Assembly (NCBI GenBank): GCA_032128115.1
Contig: JAQBHB010000002.1
Span: 10,646 to 74,645, forward strand
Reading direction: 5' to 3'
Origin: Deltaproteobacteria bacterium
GTDB lineage: Bacteria; Myxococcota_A; UBA9160; SMWR01
DNA: 64,000 nucleotides
In this document: positions 11,001 through 20,397 of the stretch, one piece after another
How positions within the stretch are numbered: the stretch's first letter is position 1
Layout: each line of letters opens with the position of its first letter
Notes under the pieces: model-generated
What the model saw: the letters and a program-made list of their open reading frames with translations, nothing else
The model's database searches: none
What the model was told of the DNA's origin: nothing
Made by a program: the position numbers and the translations under genes

Positions 11001-13648
11001 AGCGAGAGCACCTCGGAGAGCGACTCGTCGTCGGACAGGTGGATCCCCGATGCGGCCAGCTCGTGGATGCGCCGGATGATTCCCAGGGCCAACCGATGGC
11101 GAAGCTCAGGCGACAGCTGCGACGCCAGCAAGCGCAGCACCGCGCGTTCGAGGGGATCGTCGTGGCGAAGGCTCGACACCTGGTAGTGGGCGAGTGACCG
11201 GCCCAGCATCTCGACGAATTCGGCGGACTGCCCGGGGGTGCCAGCCGACATGTGGCGCAGCCAGCCGCGGAGCTGCGCGTGATTCGACGGCCCCGGGTTG
11301 CCGCCCAGTGCGGCCTGGGGCGCACGCATGAACAGGCGCGTGACATCGGTGAACAGGCGCAGCTCGTGGCGCATCTCGGCCATCTCCCACCGGAAGGCCT
11401 CCGAGAGCCCGTCCGGGAGCGGAGCCTCCAGGAACGCGGCGAGCTTCTCGCCGCGCTGGGGGTTCACGTCGTAGCCCATCACGATGCGCCGGATCTCGCT
11501 GCGAGCGGTGCGGATGGCGGCACGTCGCGCCTCGGTGTCGGCGCGATCGGCGGCATGAAGATCGGCGATGCCCTCGTTCTTCCGGGAGAAGAACAGATCG
11601 AGGGGATCCGGCTCGCTGGGCAGCTCCAGGCGATATTCGCCCGCCGTGCCATTGGCATCGGCGCTTTCCGCGGCGATCAGCAGGATCAGCTCACCTGCCG
11701 CCACCTGCTGGCCGCGAGCCACCACCAGTTCCTTGACGACGCCGCTCACCGGCGCATCGAAGCCGATCTCCATCTTCATGGCTTCGAGCAGTCCCAGACA
11801 TTGACCGGCCTCCACGCGATCGCCGGGCTTGACGTGCAGCGCGACCACCACCGCCGGCGTACCGGCCCGCACCTGGCCGGCCAGGTCCGTGCCGAAGCGA
11901 TAGGGGCGCCCCTCCACCTCGACGCGCAGGCCGCGCTCCGAAACGTCGTGCAGCACGCGCAGGCTGCGTCCCCCCGTCTCCAGGGTGGCGCGGTGATCCC
12001 CCTCGGCGCGCAGGGTGGCGGTGACCACGCGACCTTCCAGATGGATGCGATAACGCCAGGCGCCCACCGCGAAGACTTCGAGGCGGTAGCTCTCGCCCCG
12101 GTGCGTGAGATCCACACGCTGCCCCTTGGAAGCCGGCAGCGAGGCCGGTGACAGGTTGCTGGGATCGGCGAAGAAGCCGCGCCGCGCCGCGTCGCGGGTT
12201 CGCTGGTAGGCGAGGATCGACGCGGCCACCAGCGCTTCGACCTCGTGCGCACGGGTGCCGGAACGAAGCTCCGGCGAAGCGTCCAGCCACCCGATGTCGA
12301 GCTCTGCGGCGCGATACGGCGGGCTCTCCAGCAGGTCGATCAGGAAGCCCTTGTTGGAGGCGCCGCCCTCCACCACCAGCTCGAAGTCCGTGAGCGCCGC
12401 CACCAGACGCGCTCGCGCCTCATCGCGGGTGTCGCCTGTGGCGATCACCTTGGCGATCAGGGAGTCGAATTCGGCGGGCACTCGCGAGCCGGCGGCGACC
12501 CCCGTGTCCACGCGGATGCGCGGGCCCATGGCCGGATCGAAACGACCGATCCGCCCCGGCGCCGGCATGAACTCGGATTGCGGATCCTCGGCGCAGACGC
12601 GGGCCTCGATGGCGAACATCGGGCGGGGCTTCAGATCGAGAGGCAGCGCCTCACCTCGAGCGATCCGGATCTGGAGCTGCACCAGATCCACGTTCCAGAT
12701 CTCCTCGCTGATGCCGTGCTCCACCTGGAGACGCGGATTCACCTCCAGGAACCAGAATTCGCCCCCCGACACCAGGAACTCCACGGTTCCCACACCGGTG
12801 TACGCGATGCTCTCCGCAAGCCGCACGGCCGCCCGCTCGATCGACGCCAGCAGGCGCTTCGGCAGGCCGCTGGGAGGCGCCTCCTCGAGGATCTTCTGGT
12901 GACGTCGCTGCACCGAGCAGTCGCGACAGCCCAGGGCGATCACGTGGCCGTGCTGATCGCCGGCGATCTGCACCTCCACGTGGCGACCGCCGGAGAGCTT
13001 CCGCTCCAGCAACAGCGTGGAATCGCCGAAAGCCGACAGGCCCTCGGCCGAGGCGGAAGCGAACGCGCTTTCGATCTGCTCTTCGCTCTCCACCACCCGC
13101 ATGCCACGGCCACCGCCGCCGGACGCGGCCTTCAAGATCACCGGGAAGCCGATCCTGCGGGCGGCGCGCGCCGCCGACGCCGCATCCGCCACGGCGCCGT
13201 CGCTCCACGGAATCACGGGAAGCCCGGCGCGCTCGGCCAGCTGCTTGCCGCCCACCTTGTCGCCCACCGCGCGCATCACGTCGCCGGTGGGTCCCAGGAA
13301 GCGCATGCCTTCGGCCACTACCCGATCCGCGAACCCGGAATCCTCGGCGGCGAACCCCCAACCGGGCCACACCGCGTCGGCCCGGACGTCTCGCAGGGTG
13401 TGGATCAGGGGCTCGACGTCCAGATAGGCGCGCACCGGACCGCGAGGCGCTTCCAGGCGAACGGCGCGATCGGCGTGGCGCACGTACGGAGCCTCGCGGT
13501 CCGCGTCCGTATACAGGGCCACGCACTCGAGCGACGAGCCCTCGAGAGCGCGCAGGGCCTTCACGGCGCGAATACAGCGCATGGCCGCCTCGCCGCGATT
13601 CGTGATGGCCAGGCGTTCGATGGCTTGGATCTTCGGACGTCGGCTCAC
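8045..13648 (-). CDS. single-chain multidomain acetyl/acyl-CoA carboxylase (BC-BCCP-central-CT)
   Basis: NRGEAA, GGGGRGM and EVNPRLQVEH (biotin carboxylase); EAMKM (biotinyl-Lys); SSGARIAM and NLSGFDGS (carboxyltransferase). Confidence 0.93.
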   Translation of the reverse strand: MSRRPKIQAIERLAITNRGEAAMRCIRAVKALRALEGSSLECVALYTDADREAPYVRHADRAVRLEAPRGPVRAYLDVEPLIHTLRDVRADAVWPGWGFAAEDSGFADRVVAEGMRFLGPTGDVMRAVGDKVGGKQLAERAGLPVIPWSDGAVADAASAARAARRIGFPVILKAASGGGGRGMRVVESEEQIESAFASASAEGLSAFGDSTLLLERKLSGGRHVEVQIAGDQHGHVIALGCRDCSVQRRHQKILEEAPPSGLPKRLLASIERAAVRLAESIAYTGVGTVEFLVSGGEFWFLEVNPRLQVEHGISEEIWNVDLVQLQIRIARGEALPLDLKPRPMFAIEARVCAEDPQSEFMPAPGRIGRFDPAMGPRIRVDTGVAAGSRVPAEFDSLIAKVIATGDTRDEARARLVAALTDFELVVEGGASNKGFLIDLLESPPYRAAELDIGWLDASPELRSGTRAHEVEALVAASILAYQRTRDAARRGFFADPSNLSPASLPASKGQRVDLTHRGESYRLEVFAVGAWRYRIHLEGRVVTATLRAEGDHRATLETGGRSLRVLHDVSERGLRVEVEGRPYRFGTDLAGQVRAGTPAVVVALHVKPGDRVEAGQCLGLLEAMKMEIGFDAPVSGVVKELVVARGQQVAAGELILLIAAESADANGTAGEYRLELPSEPDPLDLFFSRKNEGIADLHAADRADTEARRAAIRTARSEIRRIVMGYDVNPQRGEKLAAFLEAPLPDGLSEAFRWEMAEMRHELRLFTDVTRLFMRAPQAALGGNPGPSNHAQLRGWLRHMSAGTPGQSAEFVEMLGRSLAHYQVSSLRHDDPLERAVLRLLASQLSPELRHRLALGIIRRIHELAASGIHLSDDESLSEVLSLTAGMRGLVPDALADVAIEAGYAIFEGPKLENEARRTTKEVEAWLAAAESAPTPPPAAVLVHLAASPQSVFDRAGRWLVEEDPRRRAVAVAAHVCRLYAPAALESHTSGVLGTVHVERIDLHDGRTVLGSVASREEMIPALERLSRAARAAAQSRGHSQVHAIELLVPGPVPDETELRDSLAPVLASGLPAERLTVSHLPEDGRPVHSSYMGPGGPLVPIAGLHGLHPETAARIDLDRLRAFDLERLEAPDEIVCFHLGSPDVPGDERIFVLADVRGRSPDAGNEAQLHVPAFERAFFEATRTLRNHLGLRDPRRRLQWNRIALFVSPSLFLDDDLVQRLARRLAPATRHLGLEKVVVRLNVLDRAEPTRPPRSLEVVISDPTGSHMELSWRDVHSDPLVPARDYERNVVKARRRRLLYPYEIVRLLTGTPGGQGVARDEKAGQLPAGEFEEFDLDPTCGHPTAVSVAGRPYGMNDCSIVMGILSTPTEKVPEGIQRVLVLSDPTVSMGSLAAAECDRIVAAIDLAEQSGLPLEWVPVSSGARIAMDSGTENLDATARVARRIITFTESGGVIHVIVAGVNVGAQSYFNALATMLQHTRGCLIMTPGASMVLTGRAALEASGSVSAEDEVAIGGYERVMGPNGEAQYFARDLVDAYRTLYEHYRYTYVVPGEKGPRAHVTADPSQRLVTEFACASEEDHPFESVGEIFDADTNPGRKRPFSMRAVMQSVVDHDGGFLERWRGWAGAETAIVWDTHLGGRPVSLIGIESRTLPRSGYRPADGPTAWSGGTLFPQSSKKVARALNAASGNRPVVILANLSGFDGSPESMRKRQLEYGAEIARAVVNFEGPLLFLVVSRYHGGAYVVFSRALNESLHAAALTGSYASVIGGAPAAAVVLGREVRARTASDPRIEALRQAARRPESGGASPEWEKTWRKVYLEKQSELATEFDGVHTVERAREVGSLETLVEPEDMRPYLIAELVRGTG

Positions 13649-14268
13649 GAGCTTGCGCCCTCACCGCCCGCCAGGCAGGCGTAGGCGACGAAGCGGCCGT
13701 GGTGCGAGAGCGAGAGCAGGGGCGCGGTGCCGCCCGAGAACTCGACCTGCGGCACACGCCCGCTGCGCTCGATGCGAAGCTCGCGCGGCGCGACACGAAG
13801 CAGCCGGGCGACACCCGCCACCGCCAGATCGCGCGCGGCGCGACCCGGCGCCGCCGCCGAGAGTTCGCCTTCGACCCGCGCCACTTCCGCCTTCACGAGC
13901 CCCATGCGGGCACAAGGGTGGGTCGCAACGGCGTGCACGCAATCAGCTTCGAGTGTCACCCGCACGCGAAGGCGCAGCTCGCCGTGTATCACGTAGCCGG
14001 CCAGGACATCGCCGCCGCCGACACTCTCGGGTCGCAGCCGCGTCACGAATCGCGACGGCGCGAAAACCGCGTCCGGATCCACCCGGCGAGCGGCCTTGTA
14101 GGCGCTTTCCTTGGCGGCCCACAGCGCCCAGCGCAAGCAGTCGGGCCGTTCGCTGCACGCCAGCAGCCGGCGCTCGCTCCGCGCGAACACCCGCGCGTCG
14201 AAACCCGGATGTTGGGCACCCGGACGCGTCTCCGGATCACCCAGATCGACTACGTCGTTACCGACCAT
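13645..14268 (-). CDS. 4'-phosphopantetheinyl transferase
   Basis: VGNDVVD, WAAKESAYKA and LSLSH motifs. Confidence 0.9.
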   Translation of the reverse strand: MVGNDVVDLGDPETRPGAQHPGFDARVFARSERRLLACSERPDCLRWALWAAKESAYKAARRVDPDAVFAPSRFVTRLRPESVGGGDVLAGYVIHGELRLRVRVTLEADCVHAVATHPCARMGLVKAEVARVEGELSAAAPGRAARDLAVAGVARLLRVAPRELRIERSGRVPQVEFSGGTAPLLSLSHHGRFVAYACLAGGEGASS

Positions 14269-15019
14269 CGAAGTACCGCTGTTCCATGTCGGCCAGGCAG
14301 CCCACGATCTGCTTGGCGATCTCGAGAGATCCCCGCAGGCCCGGGTGATCGGTCTTGGGTTCGACCCACCGGAGCGACACCCGGAAGCGATCCCCGCGCG
14401 CCGGGAAGTCGGACCAGTCGTCCTGGCCTTCTCCGCGCATGTAGACGCACAGCACCCGACAGCCGGGCAGCGAGCGCAGCATGCGCCCCACGCCGTAGGC
14501 CGCCGCCTCGGGATCGACGCGTCCCGTGCGGCTGCGCCCCCCTTCCGGAAACACGAGGCCCACCTCGCCGCGCGCGAGCAGACTCGCGAAGCGTTGCATC
14601 ACCTGGGTCGCTTCGCCCCGCGGGCCTCCCCGTTGGATGGGAAGGCACTTGAAGATGTAGGCCGCCACCCGACGGGTGAAGGTGGTGGCGAAGTTCATCC
14701 GCTCCGGCAGGTTCCAGGCCAGGGACGAGAAGTGGATCAGGTAGAACCACGGCGATCCCAGGGCCCAGCCGATCAGGAACGAATCGATCAGGGTCAGGTG
14801 GTTTGCGCACAACAGGAGCGGCGCGCCGTTCTCGCGCCGGATCGCGGCGTACGCGCGGCGAACCTCCCGCAGGCCCTCGATCCGGTATCGAAAGCCCAGA
14901 CGCAGGACGGCGACCACCGCCGGCACCGTGAGCGGCGCCAGGGCGTACGCGATCCCGCGTTGGAGTGCGAGCTCCAGTCGAGGCCGCAACGGAGGGCGGC
15001 TTCTCGATGTCGTTGCCAC
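14258..15019 (-). CDS. lysophospholipid (PlsC-type) acyltransferase
   Basis: NHLTLID (HX4D) and FPEGGRS motifs. Confidence 0.9.
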   Translation of the reverse strand: MATTSRSRPPLRPRLELALQRGIAYALAPLTVPAVVAVLRLGFRYRIEGLREVRRAYAAIRRENGAPLLLCANHLTLIDSFLIGWALGSPWFYLIHFSSLAWNLPERMNFATTFTRRVAAYIFKCLPIQRGGPRGEATQVMQRFASLLARGEVGLVFPEGGRSRTGRVDPEAAAYGVGRMLRSLPGCRVLCVYMRGEGQDDWSDFPARGDRFRVSLRWVEPKTDHPGLRGSLEIAKQIVGCLADMEQRYFDGR

Positions 15020-15267
15020 TAGGAGATCTTGCCCTCGATCAGGGTCACCGCGTCGCCCACGGTCTGCACCGTGTCCACATCGTCATCGGCGATCTCGATG
15101 TCGAAGGCGTCCTCGAACTCGAGCACCACGTCCACGAGGCGCGCCGAGTTCACCTTGAGGTCGTCCAGGATATGCGTGCCCATGGCCACTCCGTCCAGTG
15201 CTCCATGGTTCTTCACATACGGCGTCAAGATCTTTACCACTCGCTCGAACACTTCCTGCTGACTCAC
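15019..15267 (-). CDS. acyl carrier protein
   Basis: GTG start after AAAGGAGG; LKVNSARLVDVVLEFEDAFDIEI. Confidence 0.92.
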   Translation of the reverse strand: MSQQEVFERVVKILTPYVKNHGALDGVAMGTHILDDLKVNSARLVDVVLEFEDAFDIEIADDDVDTVQTVGDAVTLIEGKIS

Positions 15268-15292
15268 GTTCCCTCCTTTGCGGTGAGCGCTC

Positions 15293-16585
15293 TCAGTCGC
15301 TCCATTTTCGAAAAACCAGACAAGCATTCACGTCTCCGAACCCGAAGCCGGCCTTCACGATCACCTCCAGGCCGGGCAGCTCCAGGGCTTCGTGGGGGAT
15401 CGACGCCGCGTGCGGCTCGATCTCGGGGTGCACGTCCTCGCAGTTGATCGAGGGATGCACGAAGCCCTCGTGCAGCATCAGCACGCAGGCGATCGACTCG
15501 ATGGCGCCCGCGGCGCCCAGCGTGTGGCCGATCATCGACTTGGTCGACGTGATGGGGGGCAGATGCCCGGGCTTGCGCTCGAGCGCCGCGGCCCAGGCCG
15601 ACACCTCGCGCGGGTCGGCCCCGGTGGCCGTCAGGTGCCCGTTGATGGCGCCCACCTCGCCGGCGTCCACGGCCGCGTCGGCCAGCGCCGCGCGGATGCA
15701 GCGGCGCACTCCGTCCGGGTTGGGAGCCGTCATGCTGCCGCCCCCCCGCTGTCCGCCACAGTTCACGTCTCCGCCGGCCACCTCGGCATAGATGTGGGCG
15801 CCGCGGGTCCGGGCGCTCGCAAGGCTCTCGAGCAACACGACGCCGGCCCCGCAGCCCGCCACGAATCCGCCGGCGCTGGCACTCATGGGTCGGGAGGCGC
15901 GCTCGGGCTCGTCGTTGAAGCGACGGCACAACACCCGCATGGCGTCGAAGCCCGCCCAGATGTAGTGGCTCTCGCCCTCGGCGCCGCCGCACAGCATGCG
16001 GTCGGCCAGGCCGCGGCGGATGCGCAGCACGCCCTCGTAGATGGCCTCGGTTCCCGTGCTGCACGCGCTCGAGTTGGTGGTCACCTGGTTGCCCAGGGCC
16101 AGCAGCCCGCCGACCCGCGCCGAGATCCCGCTGGCCATGACCTGCTCCACCGCCGTGCTTCCCAGGCGCCGCACCTTCTTGGCGTTGGTGAGGGGGACGA
16201 GCCTCTCGCCGGTGGTGTCCATGCCGCCAATGCCCGTGCCAATCACGCAACCCGATCCCCAGTCCACGGCGCTGTCGTCGTCGGGCTCCGGCCGGGGGAG
16301 GCCGCCGTCGCGCCAGGCGTCCAGGGCCGCGATGGACGCGAAGCGATGGCCCGAGTTCATGGCCATCAGCTCGTCCTCGTCGAAGGTCGCCGAGGCAATC
16401 TCGTCCACGCCCCGGGGCACCCCGGCTACGCGGCTTCCGAATTCGCACTCCAGCATGCGTTCGTGAACCCGGATCCCCGACCTCCCCTTGCGCAGGGCCA
16501 GGGCAAAGTCGTGGGGACTGTTGCCGTTGGGCGCCACCACACCCATCCCGGTGATGACGACGCGCGTCCGATCGTCTCGAGTCAT
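15293..16585 (-). CDS. fabF: beta-ketoacyl-ACP synthase (FabF/FabB-type)
   Basis: RVVITGMG, SSACSTG, NGHLTAT and KSMIGHTLGAAG (Cys-His-His triad). Confidence 0.88.
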   Translation of the reverse strand: MTRDDRTRVVITGMGVVAPNGNSPHDFALALRKGRSGIRVHERMLECEFGSRVAGVPRGVDEIASATFDEDELMAMNSGHRFASIAALDAWRDGGLPRPEPDDDSAVDWGSGCVIGTGIGGMDTTGERLVPLTNAKKVRRLGSTAVEQVMASGISARVGGLLALGNQVTTNSSACSTGTEAIYEGVLRIRRGLADRMLCGGAEGESHYIWAGFDAMRVLCRRFNDEPERASRPMSASAGGFVAGCGAGVVLLESLASARTRGAHIYAEVAGGDVNCGGQRGGGSMTAPNPDGVRRCIRAALADAAVDAGEVGAINGHLTATGADPREVSAWAAALERKPGHLPPITSTKSMIGHTLGAAGAIESIACVLMLHEGFVHPSINCEDVHPEIEPHAASIPHEALELPGLEVIVKAGFGFGDVNACLVFRKWSD

Positions 16586-17043
16586 CGCGGCACCCCCATC
16601 CCGGAGAGCACGCCGGAACACACGACGCTGCCATCCGGAAGACGCATCTCCACCTGGGAGCGCAGCTTGCGTCGCCGGAAGAAGACCTTGCGCGCGTGGA
16701 CCGTGACGCGATCCGCCGGATTCACGACGCCCGAGAAATCCACCTGGACGTCGGTAAACAGCGTGAGGATCTTGCCACCCTCGTCGTCGGAACCGTCGAG
16801 AGCCAGCAGGTAGATTCCCAGGGCCACCACGCCGGCCTGGGCCATGGCCTCCACCAGGATCACGCCCGGCGTGATCGGCCTGCCAGGAAAATGGCCGCGG
16901 TAGAACTCCAGTTCTGGAGAGAAGCACACGGTCGACACCACGTGGTCGTCGTCGATCTCGAGGATCTGATCGATGAACCGGAACGGCTCCCGATGCGGGA
17001 TCCGGTCGAGTACCTGCTGGGGCGTCAGCACGCGTCCGGTCAT
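16582..17043 (-). CDS. fabZ: 3-hydroxyacyl-ACP dehydratase, FabZ-like
   Basis: PHREPFRFID and GHFPGRPITPGVILVEAMAQ motifs. Confidence 0.85.
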   Translation of the reverse strand: MTGRVLTPQQVLDRIPHREPFRFIDQILEIDDDHVVSTVCFSPELEFYRGHFPGRPITPGVILVEAMAQAGVVALGIYLLALDGSDDEGGKILTLFTDVQVDFSGVVNPADRVTVHARKVFFRRRKLRSQVEMRLPDGSVVCSGVLSGMGVPR

Positions 17044-17630
17044 CGCTCCATCCTCCCCCCGCGCGAGCGTTCACTCGGGTGCGGGTAGTCGGCGTAGAGG
17101 ATGTCCCGGAAGGTTCCCACCTTGGCGCGCTTGATGCTGTAGACCGGCTCGTCGTCCACCAGCACGGTGGCGTCTCCCAACACCATGCTGGCGCCTGCGT
17201 GGGCGATTTCGGTGTAGCGGCGCACATCGATCTCGGTGCGCACGCAGCCGTCGTGGGGCCGGATCTGTCCGAAGAACTCCACCTCGCCACAGCCCAGGGC
17301 CCGCCCCGCACCGAGGCCACCACTCTGGACGCAGAAGAAACCCAGCAGCTGCCACACCCCGTCCAGCCCCAGACACCCGGGCTGAACCGGATCGCCGCGG
17401 AAGTGACAGCTGAAGAACCAGTCGTCGAGCCCCACGTCGCGCTCGGCCACGATGCGCCCGCGGGTTCCCTGGCGCTGGATCTCCAGCACCCGGTCGAGCA
17501 TCAGCATGGGCGGCAACGGCAGCCGCGCCTCGAAGCTTTCCGGCGCATCGGACACCAGGGTTCCGTTGGCGAAGGCCAGCAGATCCTCCTTGGCGAAACT
17601 CTTGCGCGACAGGAATTCTTCGTAGGTCAT
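17040..17630 (-). CDS. fabA: 3-hydroxydecanoyl-ACP dehydratase/isomerase
   Basis: LPLPPMLMLDR and WFFSCHFRGDPVQPGCLGLDGVWQL motifs. Confidence 0.9.
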   Translation of the reverse strand: MTYEEFLSRKSFAKEDLLAFANGTLVSDAPESFEARLPLPPMLMLDRVLEIQRQGTRGRIVAERDVGLDDWFFSCHFRGDPVQPGCLGLDGVWQLLGFFCVQSGGLGAGRALGCGEVEFFGQIRPHDGCVRTEIDVRRYTEIAHAGASMVLGDATVLVDDEPVYSIKRAKVGTFRDILYADYPHPSERSRGGRMER

Positions 17631-18634
17631 GCGGGCTCCTGGGGGCGCTCCTCGAAGCGAAGCAGGTAGCTCGCCCACGTGAGCCCGGCGCCCACGCCCA
17701 CCACGGCCACGTCGTCCCGATCGGCCCACTTCTCCCAATGCATGGAGAGCACCGAGGCGGAGCCGGCGGCCGCCGTATTGCCGAACCACTCCACGTTGTG
17801 GTGGTGGCACTCGGGCGCGATGCCGCACTGGTTTCGCACCGACTCCAGCATCAGGCGGTTGGCCTGGTGCCCCACGAAGTGGAAGCCCCGGTGGTCGTCG
17901 GCGTATTCCTCGCGCAGGGCGTTCAGGCAGCGGGTCATGCGCTTGATGCCGAAGGTCTGGACCGTGCGGCCCTCCTGGCGGAAATGACCGATCCGCGGCA
18001 CCACCACCTTGTCGCCCCCCGCTGGGCTCGACGCGAGCGTGCTCGTCACCACCCGGGCTCGCGCCGGATGCCGCGTGGACACCACCGCCGCCGCGGCCCC
18101 GTCGCCCCACAACACCGCGGACGCGCGATCCGTGTAGTCCACGGTCTTGGTGAGACAGTCGGGCACGGCCAGCAGCACATAGTCGGGCAACCGGTCGGGC
18201 TGCATGCGCATCAGCAGGTCCATCTGGACGTAGAAGCTCGTGCACGCGGACACCACGTCGAAGGCGGGCACCTCGAGACCCAGCAGGCGAGCGATGTTGC
18301 AGGCTTCGGCCGGAGACGACGTGTCCGAGGCCGAGCCGCCGGCGATCACCATCCCGATCGCGTCTTTCGAAATCCCCGCCCGCTCGATGGCCATGGCGGC
18401 GGCCTGGCTGCCAAGCTCCGCGTTCGACACCACGGCGGCCTCCATGGCGCCGCGGGGATCGCGATTGCGCGTTTCGCGGATGTAATCCAGGGGCAGCACG
18501 GTGCGGCGCGCGCGGATCCCGGTTCGCTCCAGGATCCACTCGTCACTGGTTCCGATGTCCAGCTCTTCCAGGAAGCGGTTGTCCATCTCGTTGTCCGGGT
18601 GCTGGTGGCCGAATCCGTGCACGAACAGCGTCAT
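17627..18634 (-). CDS. fabH: ketoacyl-ACP synthase III
   Basis: WILERTGIRAR, SACTSF, HQAN and GNT (Cys-His-Asn triad). Confidence 0.88.
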   Translation of the reverse strand: MTLFVHGFGHQHPDNEMDNRFLEELDIGTSDEWILERTGIRARRTVLPLDYIRETRNRDPRGAMEAAVVSNAELGSQAAAMAIERAGISKDAIGMVIAGGSASDTSSPAEACNIARLLGLEVPAFDVVSACTSFYVQMDLLMRMQPDRLPDYVLLAVPDCLTKTVDYTDRASAVLWGDGAAAAVVSTRHPARARVVTSTLASSPAGGDKVVVPRIGHFRQEGRTVQTFGIKRMTRCLNALREEYADDHRGFHFVGHQANRLMLESVRNQCGIAPECHHHNVEWFGNTAAAGSASVLSMHWEKWADRDDVAVVGVGAGLTWASYLLRFEERPQEPA

Positions 18635-19581
18635 CGCTGCACCCCGGAGATGTGCTCGCCGCCGTCGACCCGGATCACTTCGCCGTTGATCCAGGCTGCG
18701 TCGTCGCTGCACAGCAGGTAGATGGCATTGGCCACGTCGCGCGGCGTGGTGAGCCGGCCCAGGGGGTTGCGGCTGCGAGCCTGGGCCTTCAGGTGGTCGC
18801 TGCCGGGAATCGCCTGCAGGGCGGGGGTGTCGGTGATGCCCGCCTGCACCACGTTGGAGCGGATCCCGAAGGGCGCAAGCTCCACGGCCATGGCCCGGGC
18901 GATGGACTCCAGCGCCACCTTGGCCGCGGCCACACCGGCGTAGCCCTTCCAGGCCACCTGATTGCCCTCACTGGTGAGGCCCAGCACCCGCGCGTCCGAC
19001 GCGAACAGCCCGCGGGTGAGCACGGCCTGGGTCCAGCCCAGCAGGCTCGTGCCCATACTGTGGATCGTGCGGCCCAGGTCTTCCTCATCCAGGTAGCGCG
19101 TCGGGTAGCTGGGCGCGCTGGCGAGCGACTGCAGGGCATCGACACCGCCGGCGAAGAGTTCGTCCACGGCGCTCCTCACCCGGGCCGCATCCACGCCCAG
19201 CGACGTCGCAAGTGCTTCGGCGGCCTGGTCGCGGTCCGGATTTCTTGTCTCGGGCGCAATCAGCTTCAGGTTCCCGAAGGCGATGGAGTGCAGCAGCATG
19301 CGGACCCGGCCGTCTTCCCCCAGGGCCGCGGCGAGCTGCGCGAGGATCTCGTCACGCTTTTCCGAATCCAGGGCATCGGCGTTGAACGTGAGCAGCGACA
19401 CCCCGGTGCCGCGCAGTTTCTCGAACTCGGGCTCGATGCGTGCCATGGCGCCACGGCGATCCCGGTGAACGAGACACAGGTTCATTCCGTGCTCGGCGAG
19501 TTTGTGGGCAGTGGCGAGACCGAAGCCGCTGGATCCGCCGAGGATCAGACCCCAATGTCCGGATTCGAACGCAGCTGTCAC
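18631..19581 (-). CDS. SDR-type enoyl-ACP reductase (FabL/FabI-like)
   Basis: ILGGSSGFG, YAGVAAAK (YX6K) and NPLGRLTTP motifs; first gene of the fab operon. Confidence 0.82.
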   Translation of the reverse strand: MTAAFESGHWGLILGGSSGFGLATAHKLAEHGMNLCLVHRDRRGAMARIEPEFEKLRGTGVSLLTFNADALDSEKRDEILAQLAAALGEDGRVRMLLHSIAFGNLKLIAPETRNPDRDQAAEALATSLGVDAARVRSAVDELFAGGVDALQSLASAPSYPTRYLDEEDLGRTIHSMGTSLLGWTQAVLTRGLFASDARVLGLTSEGNQVAWKGYAGVAAAKVALESIARAMAVELAPFGIRSNVVQAGITDTPALQAIPGSDHLKAQARSRNPLGRLTTPRDVANAIYLLCSDDAAWINGEVIRVDGGEHISGVQR

Positions 19582-19666
19582 CGGTCCCCCCTGGTTGCGC
19601 GATGGCCGCGACCCCGAGTCGGTATGCTCCCCCTCGGCGGACGCTTCCGCCACGGAACACACAAAC

Positions 19667-19723
19667 ATGACTCCGGGTCAATCGAAGGGCCGGAAATATG
19701 ACTAACGGTCATTTTCATGTCAA
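19667..19723 (-). promoter_or_regulatory. sigma70-type promoter of the fab operon with two TGAC-N5-GTCA palindromes (candidate TetR operators)
   Basis: Minus strand TTGACA (19718-19723), 17-nt spacer, CATATT; ATGACtaacgGTCAT (19698-19712) lies in the spacer/-10; ATGACtccggGTCAA at 19667-19681. Confidence 0.65.
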
Positions 19724-19767
19724 GGGTCCGAGCTGAAACATAGAATGTAGGTGTTTCGCAACACTCC

Positions 19768-20388
19768 ATGAAAACCCCCATCCTCGAGTTCTGGTTCGAA
19801 TTCGCGAGCACCTACTCCTACCTGGCGGCGGAGCAGGTCGAGGCCCGAGCAGGGGTCTCAGGCGTCGACGTCGCCTGGAGGCCCTTCCTGCTGGGCCCGA
19901 TCTTCCGCGCCCAGGGCTTTGCCGACTCGCCCTTCAACCTGTTTCCCGCCAAGGGCCGCTACATGTGGCGAGACCTTGCGCGCCTGTGCGCGAAGTACGG
20001 AGTGGCATTCTCGCGGCCCAGCGTCTTCCCCCGCAACGGGCTGCTGGCCGCCCGCGTGGCGTGCGCGGCCGCGTCCGAGCCCTGGCTTCCCGACTTCGTG
20101 CGCGCCGGCTACCGCGCAAACTTCGCCCTCGATCGGGACATCGCCGACCCCCGGGTGCTGGTGACGCTTCTGGACGACCTGGGCCAACCGGGAGCCGCGA
20201 TTCTCGAGCGCGCGGCGTCGAACGAGAACAAGCTCGCCCTGCGCGCCCAATCCGAGCGCGCCGCAAGTCTGGGAATCTTCGGGGCTCCGAGCTTCCGGGT
20301 GGGGAGTGAACTCTTCTGGGGCCACGACCGCCTGGACGATGCACTCGCGTGGTGCGTCCGGGATGCGCTGGGCGACGGCGATTCGTAA
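19768..20388 (+). CDS. 2-hydroxychromene-2-carboxylate isomerase / DsbA-like kappa GST
   Basis: FEFASTYSYL, WRPFLLGP and GIFGAPSF..G.ELFWGHDRL motifs. Confidence 0.9.
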   Translation: MKTPILEFWFEFASTYSYLAAEQVEARAGVSGVDVAWRPFLLGPIFRAQGFADSPFNLFPAKGRYMWRDLARLCAKYGVAFSRPSVFPRNGLLAARVACAAASEPWLPDFVRAGYRANFALDRDIADPRVLVTLLDDLGQPGAAILERAASNENKLALRAQSERAASLGIFGAPSFRVGSELFWGHDRLDDALAWCVRDALGDGDS

Positions 20389-20397
20389 GCTGCCGCC

